64,000 nucleotides of DNA from Clostridia bacterium (GTDB lineage: Bacteria > Bacillota > Clostridia > SK-Y3), in the NCBI GenBank assembly GCA_007117465.1, contig SKGK01000053.1:20740-84739 (forward strand), read 5' to 3'. Under the pieces are notes generated by a model. It ran no database searches, was not told the origin of the DNA, and saw only the letters and a list, made by a program, of their open reading frames with translations. The translations under genes were made by a program, and so were the position numbers. The stretch's first letter is position 1, and every line of letters starts with the position of its first letter. Of the stretch, positions 29,252 to 39,925 are shown piece after piece.

Positions 29252-31321
29252 ATGGATATGAGTCAATATTTAGAATTATTCATTGAAGAATCTAAAGAAC
29301 ATTTGCAAAATTTAAATCAGCATCTGTTGGAAATTGAAAACAACCCAAACAATATGACCATTTTAAATGAGATTTTTAGAGTAGCACATACCGTAAAAGG
29401 TATGGCAGGTACCATGGGTTTTTCAAAGATAGCAACACTTACACATGCGATGGAAAATGTTTTGCAAGAGGTAAGAAACGGAAATATTAAAATTTCTACG
29501 CACATTGTTGATGTGTTATTTCAATGTTTAGATGCACTTGAAAATTATGTTAACCGTGTTATCAATGAGGGCAATGAAGGGCAAAACGATTATGCTAGTG
29601 TTGTAAAAGCGTTAAACTTGATTCTTGCTCCTGATACAGAGCAAGTGTCAGAGCAGGAGCCAAAAGAAACTGATGTATTAGTAGAAAAGGCAGATGAATT
29701 TGTAAATGATGAATATACTCAAAACATCATTAACAAAGCCGTGCAGGCGGAGATGAATGCCTATAATATTAATATTACATTAAATGCAGGGTGTGTATTA
29801 AAAGCTGCGAGAGCATTTATTATTTTTAGAACACTAGAAACAGAATGTGATATTATTAAATCTGAGCCTAAGGTAGAAGATATAGAAGATGAAAAATTTG
29901 ACCTTACATTTAACATTGTTGTTGTGACAAAGGCATCTACTGATAAATTAGAAAAGGAATTATATGCAATTTCAGAAGTAGATAATGTAGGTATTGATGT
30001 ATTAGCAGAGAAAGCATTACATAGAACAGCTGAGCAGCGAGACAATAGTAGTCAAGTGCAAGATGATATGCAAAGTGATGTAGGGGTACAATTGTTTCAG
30101 CAGCAGGGAAAACAATATAAAAATGAAGAAACACAAGATGGAAGCAGTCCCCAAGTAGCAAAACCAAGGACAAGAAAGACTGTTAGAGTCGATATTGATA
30201 GACTCGACAATCTTATGAATCTAGTAAGTGAACTGATTATTATAAAAACGAGGCTTGAAGATATTGAAGGCACAGAGCAGTATAGTAATAGCAGTGAAGC
30301 AATAGAATATCTCGAAAGAATTACGACGAGTTTACATGATGCAGTAATGAAAGTAAGAATGGTTCCTGTGGAAATGGTTTTCAATCGCTTTCCTAGAATG
30401 ATTCGCGATTTAGCAAGAGAACTTGACAAGAAAATTACACTCAACATGTATGGTCAAGAAACAGAAGTAGATCGTACAGTCATTGATGAGATTGGAGATC
30501 CACTTATTCACTTATTAAGAAATTCTGCAGATCATGGGATTGAGAGTACAGACCAGAGATTAGCTAACAACAAATCAGAGCATGGCACCATAAACTTAAA
30601 AGCATATCATGATGGTAATAATGTGGTGATTGAAGTGCAAGATGATGGTGCCGGTATTGATGTTGAAAAGGTGAGACAAAAAGCAATAGTAAAAGGAGTA
30701 GTAGATCCAGAAATGGCAAAGGCTCTATCTGATAAAGAAGTAATAGATTTCTTGTTTCAAGCTAGCTTTAGCACCGCAGATAAAGTTACCGATGTATCGG
30801 GAAGAGGTGTAGGACTAGATGTTGTTAAGACAAAAATAGAAGACTTAGGTGGCATTGTAGAAGTAGAGACAAAAAAGGGAAAAGGAAGTAAATTTATTAT
30901 TAGGCTTCCGCTTACATTAGCTATTATTCAAGCGCTTATGGTAATTTTAGAGAAAGAAAAATATGCGATTCCTCTTAGTTCAATTAAAGAGATTATTAAT
31001 ATTAAACCAAAAGAGGTTCGCTTGGTACAAAATAAAGAAGTCATTTTACTTCGAGATACCGTTATACCACTTATACGATTAGATAAAGTATTAGATGTTC
31101 CTAAGACGGAAAGCAAAGAACAAAAACAATTAACAATTGTCATCGTAAGAAAAGGGGACAAGCTCACCGGGTTTGTGGTAGACAGTTTATTAGGTCAACA
31201 AGAGATTGTCATAAAATCGCTTGGTAAACATTTGACAGGTATTAGTGAAATTGCAGGTGCAACTATTTTAGGAGACGGTCAAGTTGCATTAATATTGGAT
31301 GTAAATGCATTAGCACTATAA
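29252..31321 (+). CDS. cheA: Chemotaxis histidine kinase CheA
   Basis: HPt domain (FRVAHTVKGMAG), dimerisation domain, HATPase boxes (HLLRNSADHGIE, DDGAGID, GRGVGLD) and a C-terminal CheW-like domain. Confidence 0.96.
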   Translation: MDMSQYLELFIEESKEHLQNLNQHLLEIENNPNNMTILNEIFRVAHTVKGMAGTMGFSKIATLTHAMENVLQEVRNGNIKISTHIVDVLFQCLDALENYVNRVINEGNEGQNDYASVVKALNLILAPDTEQVSEQEPKETDVLVEKADEFVNDEYTQNIINKAVQAEMNAYNINITLNAGCVLKAARAFIIFRTLETECDIIKSEPKVEDIEDEKFDLTFNIVVVTKASTDKLEKELYAISEVDNVGIDVLAEKALHRTAEQRDNSSQVQDDMQSDVGVQLFQQQGKQYKNEETQDGSSPQVAKPRTRKTVRVDIDRLDNLMNLVSELIIIKTRLEDIEGTEQYSNSSEAIEYLERITTSLHDAVMKVRMVPVEMVFNRFPRMIRDLARELDKKITLNMYGQETEVDRTVIDEIGDPLIHLLRNSADHGIESTDQRLANNKSEHGTINLKAYHDGNNVVIEVQDDGAGIDVEKVRQKAIVKGVVDPEMAKALSDKEVIDFLFQASFSTADKVTDVSGRGVGLDVVKTKIEDLGGIVEVETKKGKGSKFIIRLPLTLAIIQALMVILEKEKYAIPLSSIKEIINIKPKEVRLVQNKEVILLRDTVIPLIRLDKVLDVPKTESKEQKQLTIVIVRKGDKLTGFVVDSLLGQQEIVIKSLGKHLTGISEIAGATILGDGQVALILDVNALAL

Positions 31322-31338
31322 AGAAGGGGGGGCTAGAC

Positions 31339-31815
31339 TTGGAAAGTACAGTAAAAAAAGAAAAAACGATTGAAGTAAAAGGGTATACGCAATTTGTAGT
31401 ATTTAAATTAGCTGAAGAGGAATATGGGATTGATATTCAGCGTGTGATTGAAATTGTTGAGCTGACATCTATCACTAGAGTACCGAATGCACCAAGCTTT
31501 GTAAAAGGCGTTATCAACCTAAGAGGTGAAATTATTCCTGTGATGGGTCTAAGGGAACGTTTTAACCTTCCACCGATAGAACAGACTGACGAAACACGTA
31601 TTGTTATTTTCAAAGTTAATGAAGGTTCTATTGGCATGATTGTAGATAATGTGGTTGAAGTAGTTGAAATTCATTTATCAGCGATTGAAGGTGTATCTAA
31701 TTTTAGTAATGATGACTCCTTGAAATTTTTATATGGTGTGGGAAAAATTGATGAAAGAATTGTAACATTATTAAATTTAGATAAACTAGTGGTGCAAGCT
31801 CAAAGAGAAGGATGA
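31339..31815 (+). CDS. cheW: Chemotaxis coupling protein CheW
   Basis: Single CheW-like domain (QFVVFKLAEEEYGIDIQRVIEIV...VKGVINLRGEIIPV). TTG start behind a GGGGGGG RBS. Confidence 0.92.
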   Translation: MESTVKKEKTIEVKGYTQFVVFKLAEEEYGIDIQRVIEIVELTSITRVPNAPSFVKGVINLRGEIIPVMGLRERFNLPPIEQTDETRIVIFKVNEGSIGMIVDNVVEVVEIHLSAIEGVSNFSNDDSLKFLYGVGKIDERIVTLLNLDKLVVQAQREG

Positions 31816-32444
31816 TATATATGGCGAAATCTATTGAACAATTAAATTCAATGCAATTAGATGTTTTAAAAGAAATGGGAAATATTGGTGCAGGCAATGC
31901 GGTAACGGCGCTTTCTAAGATGCTCAATAAAAAGGTAGATATGTCAGTTCCAAAGGCACAAATACTAGAATTTAAGTTTGTGGCTGATTTGTTAGGAGGA
32001 GCGGATAATTTAGTAATCGGCATATTGTTTGATATGACAGGTGATTTATCAGGTTCTATTATGTTTATACTTGAACAAAAGTATGCTCATGTACTTGTCA
32101 ATATGCTGATGGGAAAAGAAATTGATGACATTACCGGATTTAGTGAGATGGCTATTTCTGCATTAAAAGAAATAGGCAATATTTTGGTGGGGTCTTATGT
32201 ATCATCGCTTTCGACGCTTACCAACTTAAAATTAACACCTTCTATTCCAGACCTTACGATTGATATGGCAGGTGCAATATTGAGTGTGCCAGCAATTGAA
32301 TTTGGTAAAGTGGGAGATACTGTGTTATTTATAGAAACGGAGTTTTTAGATGATCAATATGCAGTGGTAGGGAACTTTTTTCTAGTACCCGATATTGCGT
32401 CTTATGACATATTATTAAGAGCATTAGGAGTAATGGATGAATGA
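31812..32444 (+). CDS. cheC: CheY-P phosphatase CheC
   Basis: Two CheC ExxN active-site motifs (LKEMGNIGAGNA and LKEIGNILVGS). Start overlaps the cheW stop. Confidence 0.9.
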   Translation: MIYMAKSIEQLNSMQLDVLKEMGNIGAGNAVTALSKMLNKKVDMSVPKAQILEFKFVADLLGGADNLVIGILFDMTGDLSGSIMFILEQKYAHVLVNMLMGKEIDDITGFSEMAISALKEIGNILVGSYVSSLSTLTNLKLTPSIPDLTIDMAGAILSVPAIEFGKVGDTVLFIETEFLDDQYAVVGNFFLVPDIASYDILLRALGVMDE

Positions 32445-32926
32445 AAGATTTAATAAAAGTAGGAATGGCAGATTTGAATATTGCTAAGCGCCCTAGTATT
32501 TTAACAACACTAGGATTAGGATCTTGTGTTGGGATTGCATTGTATGACAAGATATACAAGATTGCAGGATTAGCACATATAATGTTGCCATCAAGTACCC
32601 AAATAAAAAACAATACGAATATAGCTAAATTTGCAGATACTGCCATTGTACAGCTCATAAAACAAATGGAACAAAATGGTGCTTCTAAATGCAACATGGT
32701 AGCAAAATTAGCGGGAGGTGCGCAGATGTTTTCGTTTGGTCGTACTAGTGAAATTATGCGAATTGGAGAGAGGAATGCACAGGCTAGCAAGGAAATGCTA
32801 ACGAATATGTCTATACCCATTATTGCAGAAGATACAGGTGGTAATCATGGTAGAACAATTGAGTTATATACAGAAGATGGGAATTTGTTGGTTAAAACAA
32901 TCGGACATGGAAGCAGATATATATAA
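32441..32926 (+). CDS. cheD: Chemoreceptor glutamine deamidase CheD
   Basis: CheD family sequence (LTTLGLGSCVGIALYD...GLAHIMLP). cheC-cheD pairing as in B. subtilis. Confidence 0.92.
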   Translation: MKDLIKVGMADLNIAKRPSILTTLGLGSCVGIALYDKIYKIAGLAHIMLPSSTQIKNNTNIAKFADTAIVQLIKQMEQNGASKCNMVAKLAGGAQMFSFGRTSEIMRIGERNAQASKEMLTNMSIPIIAEDTGGNHGRTIELYTEDGNLLVKTIGHGSRYI

Positions 32927-32951
32927 ATTGCGTTATAAGGGGAATTTTATT

Positions 32952-33353
32952 ATGGGTTTTATAAAAAATTTACCAGCTATAATCTCTCTTTTATCTGCAC
33001 TCATTGTTTGCTTTATTGGTGTGTTGCAGCAGAATAGTTTTCGAACATTGTGTCTGAATGTTTCGATTACAATTATTATTTTTTATATAATAGGTCTGAT
33101 TATTCAAAAGATAATGATTGATATTATAGCAGATGTACTAGTTAATAAAAAAAGAAAAGAAAGACAAAAAAAAATTGAGAAGGAAAAACAAAAGCAAGAG
33201 CAAGCGCGTAAGCATAATCAGGAACAGTATAACAGCCAACCACTAGATAGTGATGACCGACAAGAAGAGGATGAAGAAGAATTTTCGCCGCTGACAGTAA
33301 GAAAAGTAGAAAATAAAGCATCGAAGGTTATTGCTAATCCAAGCAATAATTAA
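32952..33353 (+). CDS. Small membrane protein with a highly charged K/E/Q-rich tail, function unknown
   Basis: ATG 32952 lies 8 nt after an AAGGGG RBS. The ORF-track start 32823 would overlap cheD by about 100 nt. Two predicted TM helices precede the stretch KKRKERQKKIEKEKQKQEQARK...EEDEEE. Confidence 0.55.
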   Translation: MGFIKNLPAIISLLSALIVCFIGVLQQNSFRTLCLNVSITIIIFYIIGLIIQKIMIDIIADVLVNKKRKERQKKIEKEKQKQEQARKHNQEQYNSQPLDSDDRQEEDEEEFSPLTVRKVENKASKVIANPSNN

Positions 33354-33445
33354 CAGTGATTATATAGAGGGTAAAGTCGTATGTATGTGGAATATATACT
33401 AATGATACCTTTTGGACAAAAAAGACACAAACCTATAGGGAGCGA

Positions 33446-34222
33446 ATGCCAATGTCGAGTGTTACTTGTAAAAAGCTAGATTTATGGAAACAATACAGCC
33501 ATACCAAATCGAGTGAAATACGAGAAAAGTTAATATTAGAATACTCTCCATTAGTAAAATATGTGGCTGGCAGATTAAGCATCTATTTTGGTAACAATGT
33601 GGAGTATGAAGATTTGCTTAGTTATGGCATATTTGGCTTAATTGATGCGATCGATAAATTTGATTTGTCCAAAGGCGTAAAGTTTGAAACGTATGCATCT
33701 TTACGTATTCGTGGTGCCATTATTGATAGTATAAGGCAGTTAGACTGGGTACCACGCACGCTTAGGCAAAAGAGTAAAGAAATTGAAAAGATGTATGCTC
33801 AATTAGAAAATGAACGAGGACACCATCCAGAAGATAGTGAAGTGGCAGCAAAATTAGGGATGAGCATGCAGGAGTTTCATAAAGTCATGCACCAAATTAA
33901 TTTGGCACATTTACTTTCTTTAGATGAGGTATTAAGTCAAAATTATGAAACAAATGCATCTTTTATGGGTGAAGATAAGTTTATAAGTCCTGACAGGTAT
34001 ACAGAGTTTAATGAAACAAAGCAGATACTTGCATCTGCCATTGATAAATTATCTGAAAAAGAAAAAATGGTTATTACGCTGTATTACTTTGAAGAGTTAA
34101 CACTAAAAGAGATTAGTGCAATGATGAAAGTTTCCGAATCTAGAATATCGCAATTACATTCTAAGGCGGTTACAAAACTAAGAATCAAGCTAAAAAACAA
34201 CAAAGAAATATTGTATGACTAG
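33446..34222 (+). CDS. sigD: RNA polymerase sigma factor SigD/FliA (sigma-28 family)
   Basis: Sigma-70 region 2 (YEDLLSYGIFGLIDAIDKFD...FETYASLRIRGAIID), region 3 and region 4 HTH (LTLKEISAMMKVSESRISQLHSKAV). Position after cheD as in B. subtilis. Confidence 0.92.
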   Translation: MPMSSVTCKKLDLWKQYSHTKSSEIREKLILEYSPLVKYVAGRLSIYFGNNVEYEDLLSYGIFGLIDAIDKFDLSKGVKFETYASLRIRGAIIDSIRQLDWVPRTLRQKSKEIEKMYAQLENERGHHPEDSEVAAKLGMSMQEFHKVMHQINLAHLLSLDEVLSQNYETNASFMGEDKFISPDRYTEFNETKQILASAIDKLSEKEKMVITLYYFEELTLKEISAMMKVSESRISQLHSKAVTKLRIKLKNNKEILYD

Positions 34223-34238
34223 AGGGGAGGGGTGACAG

Positions 34239-35852
34239 ATGTCAGAAGGTATAGAAATTATTAAAAATGGATTTATCGTAGAATATCGCTCAGATGGTGT
34301 TTACCTTAGTGTTATCCCAGAAAAAAAATCCGGTGTAGATGTTTCTTTCGATGAAATAGAAGAGTTTTTGAAGAGAAAAAAAATAACGGGAATTGATATA
34401 GAGGCTGTAAAAAAAACAATAGAGAGTAAAGATGATACAGAATGCAAGATTGCACAGGAGCAGCAAGAACAAAAAATTGATGCTGAAATGAAAGTTAGAA
34501 TCTCCAATAACAAGATGCAAGCAGGTGTTGTTATTATTCCACCAGAAGGAGGAGAGATGCTTTCTGCACAAAAAATGATTGCGCGTTTAAAAGAACAAAA
34601 TGTAGTATTTGGGATAGACACGGATATAATTGAAGCGATTAGCAAGGACCCTATCTATAATCAAGAGATTGAAGTTGCAAAAGGAATAGAGCCGATACAT
34701 GGTGAAAACGCAAAAATGACATATCATTTTCAATTATCTAAAAATATGAAGCCCAAAATACTAGAAGATGGCCGGGTAGATTTTCATGAGTTGAATTTAA
34801 TTGAGAATGTTGCAAAAGGTGATGTGTTAATAAACGCAACACCGCCTACACAAGGCACCCCAGGTAAAAATGTGTTAGGAGAGAAAGTTGCACCTATTCC
34901 AGGTAAGCCTGCTAAATTGCCAGTAGGCAAGAATGTTGAGATTGCTGAACAAGGACAAAAACTGATTGCTTCTATTGACGGGCAGGTAGTACTAGCCAAT
35001 CAAAAAGTCAATGTATATGCACTATATGAAGTAAATGGAGATGTTGATAATTCAGTAGGGAATATTGATTTTGTAGGAAATGTTATCGTGAAAGGAAATG
35101 TACTTACCGGATTTTCTATTAAAGCAGGTGGTACGGTAGAAGTGCAAGGCGTAGTAGAAGGAGCAACCATCAAATGCACAGGAGATATAGTATTAAGAAG
35201 AGGTATGCAGGGGCTTAGTAAAGGGGTTTTAATTACGCAAGGTAATATTGTTGCAAAATATATAGAACACAGCCGTTTGTCTGCAAAAGGTGATATTACA
35301 AGTGAAGCAATTATGCATAGCCATGTTGAGTGTGAGGGAACACTGACGTTAGGTGGGAAAAAAGGATTATTTGTCGGTGGTGCCGCAAAAGTGGGGACAG
35401 AGATACTGGCAAAAATGATAGGATCACCTATGGCAACGGTAACAGACATTGAGGTAGGCGTTTCGCCTGAAATTAGAGAAAAACATAAACAATTAAAAAC
35501 GCAAATTCCTAAAATGGAGCAAGAACTGAAAAAAACGGATCAGGCAATTGAAATGTTAAAGAAATTAGAAAAAATCGGTCCTTTAGATGAACAAAAGCAG
35601 CAATTCATGGCAAAAACCGCTAAAACAAAAACATATATAAAGAAGCAAGTAGAAGAAATGAAAAAAGAATATGAAAATATTGAAAATAGGCTAAAAGAGC
35701 AAGCGAGAGGAAAGATAAAGGTGTTAAACGTTATCTTTCCCGGTGCGAAGGTAACTATTGGGTCAAGCATGTTGTATATAAAAGAGGAGATTAAATATGC
35801 GACGTTATACCAATCAGGTGCAGATATACGAATAGGCGCGTATGAAAAATAA
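34239..35852 (+). CDS. DUF342/FapA-family protein (flagellar-assembly-protein-A-like)
   Basis: 537 aa. The central region has degenerate beta-helix-like repeats (GNVIVKGNVLTGFSIKAGGTVEVQGVVEGATIKCTGDIVL...), followed by a C-terminal coiled coil, which is the DUF342 architecture as I recall it. No search was possible. Confidence 0.7.
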   Translation: MSEGIEIIKNGFIVEYRSDGVYLSVIPEKKSGVDVSFDEIEEFLKRKKITGIDIEAVKKTIESKDDTECKIAQEQQEQKIDAEMKVRISNNKMQAGVVIIPPEGGEMLSAQKMIARLKEQNVVFGIDTDIIEAISKDPIYNQEIEVAKGIEPIHGENAKMTYHFQLSKNMKPKILEDGRVDFHELNLIENVAKGDVLINATPPTQGTPGKNVLGEKVAPIPGKPAKLPVGKNVEIAEQGQKLIASIDGQVVLANQKVNVYALYEVNGDVDNSVGNIDFVGNVIVKGNVLTGFSIKAGGTVEVQGVVEGATIKCTGDIVLRRGMQGLSKGVLITQGNIVAKYIEHSRLSAKGDITSEAIMHSHVECEGTLTLGGKKGLFVGGAAKVGTEILAKMIGSPMATVTDIEVGVSPEIREKHKQLKTQIPKMEQELKKTDQAIEMLKKLEKIGPLDEQKQQFMAKTAKTKTYIKKQVEEMKKEYENIENRLKEQARGKIKVLNVIFPGAKVTIGSSMLYIKEEIKYATLYQSGADIRIGAYEK

Positions 35853-35886
35853 GCAAAGCGATAAACTTTGATTGGAGGTGTTTGAT

Positions 35887-36210
35887 ATGTCCATTAATCC
35901 TGTGGATTTACAAGTTATGATTCCAAAAACAACCGAAGTATCGAAAATACAAGCAGAAGAAAATTTTCGTCCCCAAATTGAACATCATAACGCTACTACT
36001 ACAATGGAACAACACAATCAGCAACAATTAAAGCAGGTTTATTCAAAAGATAAAGCACATGAGGCAAAAATTGATGCAAAGAAAGATAGCCAAAACAGCA
36101 GTAAAAAAAAGAAACACAAGCAGCAACAAGAGCATCAAGAAAAAGAGCAAAAACAAAAGGACTTGTTAGGCACAGAGGACAAAGGCAGTCAGATTGATAT
36201 TCGGTTATGA
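35887..36210 (+). CDS. Small K/Q/H-rich hypothetical protein
   Basis: ATG 35887 lies 6 nt after a GGAGGTG RBS; the ORF-track TTG is at 35872. The ordered-looking N-terminus (MSINPVDLQVMIPKTTEVSKIQAEENFRP) is followed by a low-complexity basic tail. No family recognised. Confidence 0.4.
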   Translation: MSINPVDLQVMIPKTTEVSKIQAEENFRPQIEHHNATTTMEQHNQQQLKQVYSKDKAHEAKIDAKKDSQNSSKKKKHKQQQEHQEKEQKQKDLLGTEDKGSQIDIRL

Positions 36211-36231
36211 TTATTTTATATAAAAGAATGT

Positions 36232-36810
36232 GTGGTGAAGGGCATGGAGTGGTTAGTATTTTCAGTAGGGGTCATGATAAGTGTGTACGGTTTTATAGCG
36301 ATGCGTAAATGCAAACGAACTTTCTCTTCTGGCTTAACGATTTTGGATGATAAGATAAAAGAATTAGATGACTTACTGCAACAATCTGAGGCAATGGTAC
36401 ATGAGCTTAATAATTTATCTGATTATGTTGCAGATAAAGTTGAAAGTGAGAATGCAAAGCTCTTGCATACATTTTCATGTATTGATGAAAAAACGCAGAC
36501 GGCTGCTAAAAAAGTAGAAGAAATAGAAGTGCAAGTAGAACTTCATAATGAACTAATACTAAAAGCAAGTGAGTTGTACACGCATCTAAAAGCATATGAT
36601 GAGATATTCCTACAAAGCCAATCTAATACTAGTACAGATACAGCAAAATCACATACCCCTAAGATTACCAATCACAAGCACATAGAGGCGATTAAAATGG
36701 CAAAACAAGGAATTGACGTGCGTGAGATTGCCAAAACATTAGATGTGGGACAAGGAGAAGTGAAACTGCTATTAGGTATAAATAAAGTAGGGAGCAGTCA
36801 CAGTGGTTAG
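36232..36810 (+). CDS. Membrane-anchored coiled-coil protein with a C-terminal helix-turn-helix-like segment, function unknown
   Basis: One N-terminal TM helix (WLVFSVGVMISVYGFIAM), a coiled-coil middle, and a C-terminal IEAIKMAKQGIDVREIAKTLDVGQGEVKLLLGI segment resembling sigma region-4 or resolvase HTHs. Start is GTG 36232 or ATG 36244. Confidence 0.5.
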   Translation: MVKGMEWLVFSVGVMISVYGFIAMRKCKRTFSSGLTILDDKIKELDDLLQQSEAMVHELNNLSDYVADKVESENAKLLHTFSCIDEKTQTAAKKVEEIEVQVELHNELILKASELYTHLKAYDEIFLQSQSNTSTDTAKSHTPKITNHKHIEAIKMAKQGIDVREIAKTLDVGQGEVKLLLGINKVGSSHSG

Positions 36811-36829
36811 AAAAAAATAAAAAAAGTAG

Positions 36830-36858
36830 TTGCCAAGTGCAAGCAATTGTGGTAGACT
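36830..36858 (+). promoter_or_regulatory. Candidate sigma-A promoter of rpsB-tsf (TTGCCA-N17-TAGACT with TGn)
   Basis: -35 TTGCCA at 36830-36835, a 17-nt spacer and -10 TAGACT at 36853-36858, preceded by TGG. Leaves a leader of about 105 nt before rpsB. Confidence 0.5.
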
Positions 36859-36969
36859 ACTAAGTGGAAAAAATACACACACTTTGGGATTTTCAAAAGG
36901 GTGCCACAAAGAGGGTTTTTTGAAAAAATGAGCAAGGTGGAGGTATTAAAAAAACCAGGAGGTGAAAGT

Positions 36970-37719
36970 ATGTCAGTTATTTCAATGAAACAATTATTAG
37001 AAGCAGGTGTACATTTTGGACACCAGACCAGAAGATGGAATCCTAAAATGGCTGAATATATCTTTACTGAAAGGAATGGTATTTATATCATTGACCTTCA
37101 AAAAACAGTAAAGAAGATTGAGCAAGCATATTATTTTATTAGGGATTTGGCGATGAACAACGAAAGCGTTTTGTTTGTAGGTACTAAGAAGCAGGCGCAA
37201 GATTCTATTAAGGAAGAAGCAATCAGAAGCAATATGTATTATGTCAATGCAAGATGGCTTGGTGGTATGCTTACAAACTTTAAGACAATACGCAAAAGAG
37301 TGGATCGTTTACATCAACTCAACAAGATGGAAGAAGACGGAACATTTGATGTTTTGCCAAAGAAAGAAGTAATCAAACTCAGGGGTGAGCGTGATAAGCT
37401 AGAGAAATTCTTAGGCGGTATTCAAGACATGAAGAGACTGCCAGGCGCATTATTTGTTGTAGATCCTAGAAAAGAGCGCATAGCAATTGCTGAGGCTAAG
37501 AAGATAGGTATTCCAGTTGTTGCGATTGTAGATACTAATTGTGACCCAGAAGAAGTAGACTATGTAATTCCTGGCAATGATGACGCCATTCGAGCTGTAA
37601 AACTAATTGCAGCTAAGATAGCAGATGCAATTTTAGAAGGAAAACAGGGAGAACAAATGGCAGCTGATGCAACTAACGAAGAAGATGTAGTAGCAAATGA
37701 AGCAGTACAAGCTGAATAG
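36970..37719 (+). CDS. rpsB: 30S ribosomal protein S2
   Basis: Conserved N-terminus [27 protein letters not shown] begins at ATG 36970 behind AGGAGGTG. The ORF-track start 36901 is an upstream over-extension. Confidence 0.96.
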   Translation: MSVISMKQLLEAGVHFGHQTRRWNPKMAEYIFTERNGIYIIDLQKTVKKIEQAYYFIRDLAMNNESVLFVGTKKQAQDSIKEEAIRSNMYYVNARWLGGMLTNFKTIRKRVDRLHQLNKMEEDGTFDVLPKKEVIKLRGERDKLEKFLGGIQDMKRLPGALFVVDPRKERIAIAEAKKIGIPVVAIVDTNCDPEEVDYVIPGNDDAIRAVKLIAAKIADAILEGKQGEQMAADATNEEDVVANEAVQAE

Positions 37720-37740
37720 CAGGTACAAGCATAGCATAAT

Positions 37741-37785
37741 AGCCCAGTCTTCGGTCTTATTTAGAAGACTGAAGGCAGGGCTTTT
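37741..37785 (+). terminator. Imperfect hairpin plus T-run between rpsB and tsf (candidate partial terminator or attenuator)
   Basis: CAGTCTTC (37745-37752) pairs with GAAGACTG (37764-37771). An outer AGCC/GGCT pair is followed by TTTT. Confidence 0.4.
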
Positions 37786-37872
37786 CAACTGCAATGCATA
37801 AATACGATAGCATTTGGAAATTTTATATAGAGAATAAAACGAAAGATAAAGATACTTGAAGGAGGCATAAAT

Positions 37873-38517
37873 ATGGTTACTGCACAAAGTGTAAAAGAGT
37901 TAAGAGAAAGAACGGGCGCTGGCATGATGGATTGTAAAAAAGCGCTTACAGAAACAGATGGGGATATGGACAAAGCAATTGAACTTTTAAGAGAAAAAGG
38001 ACTTGCAGCAGCAGCTAAAAAGTCAGGTAGAATTGCAGCAGAAGGAATTGTTGATGCATACATACATGGTGATGGTAGAATAGGCGTATTAGTAGAAGTG
38101 AATTCTGAAACGGATTTTGTTGCTAAAAATGATGAATTTAGAGCTTTTGTAAAAGATGTAGCTATGCAAATTGCAGCTGCTAATCCACAATACGTATCTA
38201 GAGAAGAAGTACCAGCAGATGTGGTAGAAAAAGAAAAAGAAATATTAAAAGCACAGGCGTTAAATGAAGGTAAACCAGAAAAAGTTGTAGAAAAAATGGT
38301 GGAAGGTAGAATTGAAAAATTCTATAAAGAAATTTGTCTTTTAGAGCAACCATTTATAAAAGACCCAGATAAAACGGTTAAAGATTTGTTAGTAGAAAAG
38401 ATTGCAACAATTGGAGAAAATATGAACATTCGTCGATTTGCACGTTTTGAAAAAGGAGAAGGCTTACAAAAACGTGAAGATGATTTTGCAGACGAAGTAT
38501 CAAACATGGTGAACTAA
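37873..38517 (+). CDS. tsf: Translation elongation factor Ts (short form)
   Basis: N-terminal UBA-like motif ([19 protein letters not shown]) and the conserved [10 protein letters not shown]. Confidence 0.95.
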   Translation: MVTAQSVKELRERTGAGMMDCKKALTETDGDMDKAIELLREKGLAAAAKKSGRIAAEGIVDAYIHGDGRIGVLVEVNSETDFVAKNDEFRAFVKDVAMQIAAANPQYVSREEVPADVVEKEKEILKAQALNEGKPEKVVEKMVEGRIEKFYKEICLLEQPFIKDPDKTVKDLLVEKIATIGENMNIRRFARFEKGEGLQKREDDFADEVSNMVN

Positions 38518-38527
38518 TACATTTTAA

Positions 38528-39924
<1,397 letters not shown>

Positions 39925-39925
39925 T

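Noticed and set aside
33166-33174. Homopolymeric A runs in coding DNA (A9 at 33166-33174, an A8 at 36103-36110) as possible phase-variation tracts.
   Set aside because: They encode Lys-rich low-complexity segments in AT-rich DNA, where such runs are expected. The sequence gives no evidence of variability.
36901-36969. N-terminal extensions in the ORF track: rpsB 36901, pyrH 38549, the small ORF 39887, nrnA 55173, truB 56132, ribF 57061 and the cheD-overlapping 32823.
   Set aside because: The conserved protein N-termini and good RBSs sit at internal ATGs. The extensions run through terminators, promoters or the preceding gene.
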